In this document: in pieces, positions 51,901 through 60,112 of the stretch | How the letters are laid out: every line of letters starts with the position of its first letter | Numbering within the stretch: the stretch's first letter is position 1 | Source of the DNA: Armatimonadota bacterium | GTDB lineage: Bacteria > Armatimonadota > HRBIN16 | Length of the DNA stretch: 64,000 nt | Direction of reading: 5' to 3' | Assembly: GCA_963677485.1 (NCBI GenBank) | Contig: OY781964.1 | Span: forward strand, 4,448,001-4,512,000 | Position numbers and translations under genes: made by a program | The notes under the pieces: generated by a model | What the model was told of the DNA's origin: nothing | The model's database searches: none | Seen by the model: the letters and a program-made list of their open reading frames with translations, nothing else

Positions 51901-53560
51901 CTAAGGCGGCTTAGCCGCAACCAAAAAAGGAATGATTGCATTCGCCACGTAATATACATTCAAACACCCTTTCGTGAGGTTGCCCAGAATGACATCACTT
52001 CAAGAACGCTATGCAAAGCAGATAGCTGGGGTATATTCATGCTTCGACCGCATAGTTATCACCGGTACAATCCCAGGCTGGTGTCATAGCGACGGAATGG
52101 GCATCTATCTTCATCAACGCAACATCAGGCTATTTGACTTTCCTAAGGAATTTGCCGAACCTCTACGAGATGAGATCAAAGCCAATGCGGAACGCCTTGC
52201 CGTTACCAACAGCATTGAAATTGAGTATATACGCCGTGCCTCTTCATTTCGAAAAGAAGACCGCATCAAAGAGATCATTAGTAGTCGAGGGTGTCACCCC
52301 GGTCTCGTCCACATATTCTCAGTGTTGGAAAAATGTCCTGCATACACCCCGTGGCACGACAAGATTACCCACAAAACCCGGCTGAATATCAAGGAGACCA
52401 AGTGTCTTCATTACTACTTCTATTTCATCGATGCAGAGTTTGGACTGTGCTATCTACGAGTTCCGACCTGGGTGCCCTTCCGTCTGCAATTCTATTGTAA
52501 TGGACACAATTATCTCGCGCATTGCCTTCAATCCGAGGGAGTAGTTTTCACTCCACTGGACAACGCCTTTGTAAAAATCGACGACTTTAGCTGTGCTCAG
52601 AGGCTGGCAGACGCTTTTCCTGCTGATAAGCTGCACCATGCGCTGGATGCATTTGCCAGAATGTATTGCCCCGTGATACGGCTTGCTGACAATTCATATC
52701 ATTGGTCGCTAATGCAGGTGGAATATGCTACAGACATCGTGTTCAAACGCGCCGAAGACCTCAAAGCCATCTACGATAATCTAGTCAAAACAGCGATACA
52801 TACGGTAACGCCAGAGTCTATCGCGATGTTTCTTGGTAAGAAACTTGATGGGCGAACACTCGCTGAGATCGGCACTGACTACAAGTTCGATCGCCGCATA
52901 CAAGGCACGCGCATCAAACACTACATGGGATGGGCTTCTATCAAAATGTATGACAAGCAAGGGATAATCTTGCGTATCGAGACGACTGTGAATGACGTCT
53001 CTGAATTTAAACACTACCGTGAGGTAGAACATCATGATGGGACGACTGAGATTAAATACGCCCCTATGCAAAAGACCATCTACAGCCTTCCTCCATTGAG
53101 GGAACTGTTATTATCTGCAAACAACAGATATCTTGACTTTCTTTCCGCCCTTGATGACAACAGCGATGGTGAACATCAGATCATCAAAATCGCGACCTCG
53201 ACCACCCGTGATCATCGCTCGTATCGAGGATTCAACCTTTTCCTCAAGAAGGATTTGGAATGTCTCATTGCACTTGCTCGCGGAGAGGGATGCATCAGCG
53301 GGATCACAAACCGTATGCTTCAAAAAGCCTTACCGCAGATGTCCAGCTCTCAGATATCATACTTCATCAAGCGATGCCGAGTATTCCGGCTCGTTAAAAA
53401 ATGCGGTAAACGCTACAAATACTACCTCACTGCACTTGGCAAGCGTATCATCATGGCAGCACTTGCTATTCGCCAGATCGTTGTGCCTAACGCTTTGTGT
53501 GGTGCGTAATATCAGAATATTCTATACACCGTGTTCAAAATATGGTTGGTAAGATACTAA
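51901..53560 (+). mobile_element. Putative unclassified insertion element (boundaries inferred)
   Basis: AT-richer single-gene unit with hairpin GCGGC-TTA-GCCGC at the left end and CTAA at both putative boundaries. No classical terminal inverted repeats. Confidence 0.55.
51989..53509 (+). CDS. Putative transposase with Rep_trans-like motifs and C-terminal winged helix
   Basis: CFDRIVITG, QVEYATD, IKMYDK, LRIETT. The C-terminus SSSQISYFIKR...KYYLTALG resembles a wHTH. GAGG RBS before ATG 51989. Confidence 0.65.
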   Translation: MTSLQERYAKQIAGVYSCFDRIVITGTIPGWCHSDGMGIYLHQRNIRLFDFPKEFAEPLRDEIKANAERLAVTNSIEIEYIRRASSFRKEDRIKEIISSRGCHPGLVHIFSVLEKCPAYTPWHDKITHKTRLNIKETKCLHYYFYFIDAEFGLCYLRVPTWVPFRLQFYCNGHNYLAHCLQSEGVVFTPLDNAFVKIDDFSCAQRLADAFPADKLHHALDAFARMYCPVIRLADNSYHWSLMQVEYATDIVFKRAEDLKAIYDNLVKTAIHTVTPESIAMFLGKKLDGRTLAEIGTDYKFDRRIQGTRIKHYMGWASIKMYDKQGIILRIETTVNDVSEFKHYREVEHHDGTTEIKYAPMQKTIYSLPPLRELLLSANNRYLDFLSALDDNSDGEHQIIKIATSTTRDHRSYRGFNLFLKKDLECLIALARGEGCISGITNRMLQKALPQMSSSQISYFIKRCRVFRLVKKCGKRYKYYLTALGKRIIMAALAIRQIVVPNALCGA

Positions 53561-53729
53561 TTATGTATCATGGTGCACACAATGTCAACTGGTATTGGTG
53601 AATTAAACACATAATTCCAACCTATATCGAAATAACGGGATGAATGTGGCATGAAAAACATATGGGTGAGACGGAGCGCCACTGAACCAGCTACAATAAT
53701 GTGTAGAGTCAGATCATTTGGGGGTTCAT

Positions 53730-53939
53730 ATGCAGTATTTTGGGTATCTCTTATACATACTTGGTATAGCGGTTTTAATTATGCTTGCCATACAATCTGT
53801 TCAGTCGGTTAAGCGGTTGCAGAAACGCATTCGTGACTATAATGAGAACGAGCGTGATCAGGTTGAGCGCAACCCGTATCAAGCGTTAGCGGATCTTGAG
53901 GCTGAGCGTGACGAGGAAGACAGCAAAAAAAAGCGCTAG
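53730..53939 (+). CDS. Small single-TM hypothetical protein
   Basis: N-terminal TM helix and charged tail (NPYQALA). Its stop overlaps the convergent gene. Confidence 0.6.
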   Translation: MQYFGYLLYILGIAVLIMLAIQSVQSVKRLQKRIRDYNENERDQVERNPYQALADLEAERDEEDSKKKR

Positions 53940-54652
53940 CCACGATGTTTCCACATTTCGTCAAGGCGTACGAACTCGTAGCCGCGTTCTCTGGCAGCCG
54001 CAACAAAAGTCGGTAGTGCCTGCATAGTGGCCCTCACTTTTTCATGCAGCAGTATGACCCCGCCGTTGCGTGTCGTATGCAGTAACCGTTGGGTAATGAC
54101 TTCGGCGGAGGGCTGTTCGTAGTCTGCAGGGTCCTGGCTCCATAAGGCCATTATGCTTTGCTGCTGGGCGCAGGCTGCGGCTACCTGTGGCGTGAACTCG
54201 CCACCGGGAGGGCGCATAAATACCGGCCGTTTACCAGTCGCTCGCTCTATTGCTTTGGCTCCTTGTTGAATTTCCCACACCACCATCTCTTTGGGTATAC
54301 GCGCCATCCGCAGGTGGTAATAGCTGTGGTTCTCCACCTCATGACCATCAGCCACCATTTGTTGAACCAGGTCAGGGTGCTTATCCACCTTTTCGCCGAT
54401 CACAAAAAAAGTCGCTTTGATTCCTACTGATTTCAGAGTGTTCAAAAGCCTTGCGGTCAGAATAGGTTCAGGACCGTCATCGAATGTCAGTGCGAGTTGT
54501 TTGCGTCTTGATGAACCGCGCATGATGGCAGGGCATCCTATGCCTCGAGTGCTCTCAGGTAGGGTGATGCCTTCTCCCATTTCGGCGTGACTTGCTTTAG
54601 ATATCAACAGCGGGGCTGACAGGATGAACTTTAATAGATCACGACGGGTCAT
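53936..54652 (-). CDS. Polysaccharide deacetylase (CE4) with Tat-like signal
   Basis: MTRRDLLK signal, LTFDDGP, NHSYYH, RPPGG, ILLHE. GAGGAG RBS before ATG 54652. Confidence 0.88.
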   Translation of the reverse strand: MTRRDLLKFILSAPLLISKASHAEMGEGITLPESTRGIGCPAIMRGSSRRKQLALTFDDGPEPILTARLLNTLKSVGIKATFFVIGEKVDKHPDLVQQMVADGHEVENHSYYHLRMARIPKEMVVWEIQQGAKAIERATGKRPVFMRPPGGEFTPQVAAACAQQQSIMALWSQDPADYEQPSAEVITQRLLHTTRNGGVILLHEKVRATMQALPTFVAAARERGYEFVRLDEMWKHRG

Positions 54653-55784
54653 TGATAATCTCCTCATCAAGGGGTAGCGGCATATAAAAACTGTCACGTT
54701 CTACCGGTATGCGATGGGCCTGACGGACTAGGCGCACCATCTTATAATAACTGAGTCCCTGCTCGTTGTCTTGTGGACGATCATCCGAATAGGTGATTTC
54801 GTAGCGCAGCACGGTGCCATCCATGTCGTCAGCTCCATACCAGAGGGCTGTTTGACTGACTTCCGGCGTATTCATCACCCAGAAAGTCTTGATGTGGCTG
54901 ATATTGTCCAGCATGAGACGACTTACCGCGATCATCTTTAAGTCATCAATGCCCGATGTGTGGGGAAGACTCGACAGCAAAGTGTCTTCGGGATGGAATG
55001 CCAGAGGGGTAAATGTGACGATGTGGTGGCACTCGTCTTGAAGCTCCCGGAGGAACAGAAGGTGGTCTACCCGCTCTTGTATGGTCTCTATGTGACCATA
55101 CAGCATCGTGGCATATTGCGTCAGCCCGGCTTTAGCCACGCATCGGCTGACCTCTTTCCATTGGTCTGAATTCAGTTTGTTCGGAAAAAGCGTGTCGTGA
55201 ACGCGCCGGCTGCTGACCTCTATGCCGCCGCCAGGAATGCTGCTCAAGCCGTGAACCTTTAGGTCTTCAAGTGTATCCAGCAGTGACAACCCTGAGATTT
55301 GCGCCATATGTTGAAGTTCCACAGCCGTAAAAGCCTTGATGTGGCAGCCAGGCAGTGCTTCTTTAACGGTATCGAGTAACCCAATGTAATATCCGTAGGG
55401 TAGAGCTTTGTTGATCCCACCCACGATATGCACTTCGGTGATCCGTTCGCCTCTGTACGCCAGTATCCGGTTTTTTACAGCTTCATAATCGAGGGTATAT
55501 GGTTGAGGTCCATTCCTGCGGCTGTAAAAACTGCAGAACCGGCAGCCATTAGAACAAATGTTTGTGTAGTTGATGTGGAGGTTTCTTACGAAATAGGTGT
55601 TAGCTCCGTGCCTCAGCTCGCGTTGGGCGTTGGCTAGCTGGCCAAGGCCGTTAAGGTCATCGGTTTGAAACAGCTTGACACCGTCCTCCGATGACAGCCG
55701 TTCACCGCTCTCCAGTTTCGATGAAATCTGTATGAGCTCGGGGTCCTTCAGAACTATTTGAGATCCATGATTGGTTTTTGCCAC
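54639..55784 (-). CDS. mqnE: CofH/MqnE-family radical SAM, probable aminofutalosine synthase
   Basis: INYTNICSNGCRFC, EVHIVGG, HIKAFTAVE, PGGGIE, ATMLYGHIE, SRLMLDNI.HIK.FW. Confidence 0.8.
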   Translation of the reverse strand: MAKTNHGSQIVLKDPELIQISSKLESGERLSSEDGVKLFQTDDLNGLGQLANAQRELRHGANTYFVRNLHINYTNICSNGCRFCSFYSRRNGPQPYTLDYEAVKNRILAYRGERITEVHIVGGINKALPYGYYIGLLDTVKEALPGCHIKAFTAVELQHMAQISGLSLLDTLEDLKVHGLSSIPGGGIEVSSRRVHDTLFPNKLNSDQWKEVSRCVAKAGLTQYATMLYGHIETIQERVDHLLFLRELQDECHHIVTFTPLAFHPEDTLLSSLPHTSGIDDLKMIAVSRLMLDNISHIKTFWVMNTPEVSQTALWYGADDMDGTVLRYEITYSDDRPQDNEQGLSYYKMVRLVRQAHRIPVERDSFYMPLPLDEEIINDPS

Positions 55785-55958
55785 AATGTTAAGATACTAT
55801 TCATTGCATTATGTTTCAATACAGACTGATCGCAATGCTCTGCACGGTAAAAAGCGCCGCATATAGACATATCTCCCCTATAACGAACCCGAACAGCCTA
55901 TTTATGTTAAAATGTATTACTAAATCCGTAATTTACTGCACGAGAGAGGGTATCAGAA

Positions 55959-56978
55959 ATGGCAAAAACATACAATGTCGCTGTGGTTGGGGCCACCGGT
56001 GCTGTGGGCATCGAATTCTTGAAGCTAATCAAAGATCGTCATTTCCCAATAGGGGAGCTGCGTCTTTTGGCTAGCTCTCGCAGCGCTGGCAAGACGCTCG
56101 AGTTCGATGGTCAGCAGATCACCATTGGCGAGACCACTAAAGATAGTTTCTCAGGTGTGGACATAGCTTTCTTTTCGGCTGGTGGTGGACGATCTCTTGA
56201 GTTCGCTCCTGCAGCCGCTGAAGCTGGCGCTATTGTAGTTGATAATAGCTCAGCATACCGCATGGACCCTACAGTACCATTGATCGTGCCTGAGATCAAC
56301 ATGGAAGATGCCAAAGTAAACCATGGTATCATCGCAAACCCGAACTGTTCGACGATTATCATGCTGATGGCTGTCGGCCCCATTCACAAGAAGTGGCCAG
56401 TCAAGCGGATCATCGTGAGCACCTATCAAAGCACAAGTGGAGCCGGTGCCGCTGGAATGGAAGAGCTGGTCAACCAGACTCATGCCTATCTGAACGGCGA
56501 CCCGATCACACCAAAAGTTTTCCCGCATCAAATCGCATTCAACCTGTTCAGCCATAACACGAAAATCAACGAGTATGGCTACAACGAAGAAGAGTGGAAG
56601 ATGGTCTGCGAGACACAGAAGATCCTGCATGTCGCGGACATGGCAGTGACAGCCACCTGTGTCCGGGTACCAATTCTGCGTGCGCACTCTGAGAGCATCA
56701 ACATCGAATTTGAAGGCGAGCGGCCAAGCGTAGAGCAAATTCGAGCATTGATCGACGAATCAGCAGGAGTTGAAGTGGTTGATGATGCTGCGATGAACCA
56801 CTTCCCAATGCCTCTGGAAGCCAGCGGCAAATACGACGTATTAGTGGGCCGCATCCGACACGACATCAGCAACGCAAAGGCTGTTGACCTGTTTGTCAGC
56901 GGTGACCAGTTGCTGAAGGGTGCCGCATTGAACGGCATACAGATCGCAGAAGGTATGATCCAGCAAGGCTGGATCTAA
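55959..56978 (+). CDS. asd: Aspartate-semialdehyde dehydrogenase
   Basis: GATGAVG, DNSSAYR, ANPNCST, TCVRVP, LLKGAA. Confidence 0.96.
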   Translation: MAKTYNVAVVGATGAVGIEFLKLIKDRHFPIGELRLLASSRSAGKTLEFDGQQITIGETTKDSFSGVDIAFFSAGGGRSLEFAPAAAEAGAIVVDNSSAYRMDPTVPLIVPEINMEDAKVNHGIIANPNCSTIIMLMAVGPIHKKWPVKRIIVSTYQSTSGAGAAGMEELVNQTHAYLNGDPITPKVFPHQIAFNLFSHNTKINEYGYNEEEWKMVCETQKILHVADMAVTATCVRVPILRAHSESINIEFEGERPSVEQIRALIDESAGVEVVDDAAMNHFPMPLEASGKYDVLVGRIRHDISNAKAVDLFVSGDQLLKGAALNGIQIAEGMIQQGWI

Positions 56979-56998
56979 AAAAGGCATAGGAGAGGATA

Positions 56999-57892
56999 AT
57001 GGCGATGAAAACAGGCTGGGGATATGTTCTGACCGCAATGGTGACACCAATGTACGACGATGGTCGCGTGAATTATGACGAAGCCGCGGCGTTGGCGAAA
57101 CATCTGGTCAAACACGGATCGACTGGCCTGGTGGTTTCCGGTACAACAGGGGAATCGCCCACTCTCAGTAACGAAGAAAAGATTGCGATGTTCAAAACCG
57201 TAAAAAGCGCGATTGGCGATACAGTGCCAATGGTGTGCGGAACCAGCAGTTATAACACCGCTGAGTCGGTTGAAATGACGCGCGAAGCGGTAAAGGTTGG
57301 AGCTGATGGCATTCTGGCAGTCGCTCCATACTATAATCGCCCAGACCAGGAAGGCGTATATCAGCATTTCAAAGCCATCGCACAGGCATGCAGCCTGCCG
57401 GTGGTGGTGTACAACATACCTGGTCGCTGCGGTATCAATGTGGATGTTCAGACGATGTGCCGTCTGGCCGAACTGCCCAATATTGCCGCCATCAAGGAGG
57501 CGAGTGGGAACTTGACACAGATCATGGATGTCTGTGCTCAGCTCAGCTCGGTAGTGGATGTATACAGCGGAGATGACGCTGCGACGCTGCCCGTGATGTC
57601 GTTAGGCGGTGCTGGAATCATCAGCGTCGTCAGCCACATCGCAGGCGACGAACTAAAGGCGATGTGTCAAGCTTTCGCTAACAATGATGTTCTGAAGGCC
57701 CAGCAGCTTCACAATCGACTGCTGCCACTGGTGAAGGCCATGTTCTGCACCAGTAACCCTGTACCAACTAAATACGCACTTAATGTGCTAGGGCACCAAG
57801 TCGGCGGAACAAGATTGCCGCTGGTTGGTCCCAACGAAGCCTGTCAGCAAAAGATACTGACGGCAATGAGGAGTTTTGGACTATCAGTATGA
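56999..57892 (+). CDS. dapA: 4-hydroxy-tetrahydrodipicolinate synthase
   Basis: GTTGESPTL, PYYNRP, YNIPGR, IKEASG, YSGDD, NPVPTK. Confidence 0.95.
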   Translation: MAMKTGWGYVLTAMVTPMYDDGRVNYDEAAALAKHLVKHGSTGLVVSGTTGESPTLSNEEKIAMFKTVKSAIGDTVPMVCGTSSYNTAESVEMTREAVKVGADGILAVAPYYNRPDQEGVYQHFKAIAQACSLPVVVYNIPGRCGINVDVQTMCRLAELPNIAAIKEASGNLTQIMDVCAQLSSVVDVYSGDDAATLPVMSLGGAGIISVVSHIAGDELKAMCQAFANNDVLKAQQLHNRLLPLVKAMFCTSNPVPTKYALNVLGHQVGGTRLPLVGPNEACQQKILTAMRSFGLSV

Positions 57893-59577
57893 CGGAACCA
57901 CGTGTGAATACCGGAAACCTTGAGATTATCCCATTAGGTGGGGCTTCTGAAATCGGGAAGAACCTCACCCTGATACGATACGGTGAGGCGATGATCGCGG
58001 TAGACTGCGGCGTCGCCTTTCCTTATGATGAGCTGTATGGCGTTGATATCGTAGTGCCTGATATCAGCTTTCTGCGGGACAACCGCAGCCAATTCCTCGG
58101 CATATTCCTGACGCATGGACACGAAGACCACATCGGCGGACTGTCGTTCGTGTTGAAGGAGTTCGATGTTCCCGTGTATGGCAGCCGACTGACCATGGGG
58201 CTGGTTCGCTCGAAATTGCGCGAGTATATGGACGTTGAAAAACTGCGCTTGATTGAATTCAGTCCTGACCAGGTTGTGAAGAAGGGGCCGTTCAGTGTGG
58301 AGCCTATACGCGTCACACACTCCATTCCTGAGACGGTGGCTTATAACATCGAAACACCTGCGGGTCGGCTGGTATACGTCAGTGACTTCAAAATCGACCA
58401 TACACCAGTCGATGAGTGGTATTTTGACAGCGCACGGTTTGCGGCACTGGGTGAAGAGGGCGTCTTAGCCATGGTTTCTGACAGCACTAATGCTGAACAA
58501 CCAGGTTACAGTCCGTCTGAGATTGAAGTCGGCGAAACACTTGAGGGCATCATACGAAATGCACCTGGACGGGTGATCATTTCTATGTTTGCATCGAGTA
58601 TCCATCGAATGCAGCAGATTCTAGACAGGGCAGCCCAATTCAAGCGCAAAGTTGCGGTATTTGGCCGCAGTATGCAAAACAACCTTGATATCTCCATCCA
58701 AATGGGCTATATCAATGTGCCTGATGATACCTTGATTAACGGTGACACCATAGACCATTACCAAATGGATGAGATGGTCGTCATGTGTACAGGCAGCCAG
58801 GGGGAACCACTTTCGGCATTATCGCGTATATCTAAAGAGGAATACCGGATGTTGCGGATCGTACCGGGTGACACTGTCATTTTGGCTGCTTCACCTATTC
58901 CAGGCAACGAGGGGCTGATCTGGCGCACTGTCAACCGCTTGTTCCGTCAGGGTGCTAATGTGATCTACCCGCCAAAAGCGGCGGTTCACGCCTCCGGACA
59001 CGGCTCTCAAGAAGAGCTGAAGATGCTGATATCGCTGGTCCAACCGCAATATCTGATCCCCCTACACGGTGAGCCGAGAATGCTAAACAGTTACCGTGAG
59101 ATGGCTGTTAAGATGGGATACGACACCGAATGTGTGTTCCCTCTGGAAAACGGTGACGTGCTTTCATTGAATGAACAGCAAGCTGGAATTGTGGATCATG
59201 TCAAAGTGGGCAAGATACTTATTGATGTCGGCCGCACATCGGAAGTCAGTTCGGTCATACTGAAGGAACGGAAACGGCTGGCGAATGATGGTGTGATCAG
59301 CATCAGCGTGAGCATCGACTCTGAGCTGGGCAGCTTCGTATCTGGTCCGAACATAGACATCATGGGGCTGGCCATCAGTGAATCCGACAAACTGCAGTTC
59401 ATAAATGAGACCGCTGCCGCTGTGGTGAAATGCCTTGACAAAGAGGCTGACTACAACGAAGGCGACGAGATCAACCTGCTTCAACTTAAGGAGAATGTGC
59501 GTATTACGGTATTACAGGTGGCCAAACGGCGCCTCAAGCGTAAACCCGTGGTGATCGCACAACTTATGCCTGTTTAA
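57889..59577 (+). CDS. rnj: Ribonuclease J
   Basis: PLGGASEIGKN, THGHEDHIG, HSIPE, DFKID, TGSQGEP, HASGH, HGE. Confidence 0.95.
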   Translation: MTEPRVNTGNLEIIPLGGASEIGKNLTLIRYGEAMIAVDCGVAFPYDELYGVDIVVPDISFLRDNRSQFLGIFLTHGHEDHIGGLSFVLKEFDVPVYGSRLTMGLVRSKLREYMDVEKLRLIEFSPDQVVKKGPFSVEPIRVTHSIPETVAYNIETPAGRLVYVSDFKIDHTPVDEWYFDSARFAALGEEGVLAMVSDSTNAEQPGYSPSEIEVGETLEGIIRNAPGRVIISMFASSIHRMQQILDRAAQFKRKVAVFGRSMQNNLDISIQMGYINVPDDTLINGDTIDHYQMDEMVVMCTGSQGEPLSALSRISKEEYRMLRIVPGDTVILAASPIPGNEGLIWRTVNRLFRQGANVIYPPKAAVHASGHGSQEELKMLISLVQPQYLIPLHGEPRMLNSYREMAVKMGYDTECVFPLENGDVLSLNEQQAGIVDHVKVGKILIDVGRTSEVSSVILKERKRLANDGVISISVSIDSELGSFVSGPNIDIMGLAISESDKLQFINETAAAVVKCLDKEADYNEGDEINLLQLKENVRITVLQVAKRRLKRKPVVIAQLMPV

Positions 59578-59594
59578 AATCTAGCAAGAGGTGA

Positions 59595-60080
59595 ATGTGC
59601 ATGAATAACAAAACGCGTGACCTGTTACGCCGTATAGAACTGGAGATGCAGCGCATGACTGACGAAGGAATTGCTGCCTGTTTTGATCCCCAATCATCGT
59701 CATCTCGGTTTTGGCAGCCAAAGGTTGATGTCACGGAGACTACGGGCTCGTATTACGTAAAGGCGGAACTGTCTGGCGTAAATCCCGAAGATATTGATGT
59801 TTCGCTCGCTCCAGATGGACGGTTTGTGACCATATCGGGATGCCGGAACGAGAACAAAAATAACGCAGAGCCCAGAACGAGCTGCCATCAACTGGAAATC
59901 TATTTTGGGCCGTTTGAGCGACGTGTGGCTCTGCCAGTGCAACAATCCATTGACAGAGACCGGATTTCGGCAAGGTATCGAGAGGGCTTTCTGATCATCG
60001 AGCTTCCAAAAGTGGAGCAGGTTGAAGAAGAGACCCACAAGATACCAATAATTGAACTGACAGAACTGAACGAGGATTAA
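59595..60080 (+). CDS. Hsp20/alpha-crystallin small heat-shock protein
   Basis: WQPKVDV, AELSGV, FGPFERRVALP, ARYREGFLIIELPK. Start may be at 59601. Confidence 0.9.
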   Translation: MCMNNKTRDLLRRIELEMQRMTDEGIAACFDPQSSSSRFWQPKVDVTETTGSYYVKAELSGVNPEDIDVSLAPDGRFVTISGCRNENKNNAEPRTSCHQLEIYFGPFERRVALPVQQSIDRDRISARYREGFLIIELPKVEQVEEETHKIPIIELTELNED

Positions 60081-60112
60081 TCTCTCATTCTGGGCGCGGT
60101 TGGTGTGCCACT

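Noticed and set aside
55790-55958. Lysine riboswitch upstream of asd-dapA
   Set aside because: The region is a short, AT-rich divergent promoter region with no recognisable L-box structure.
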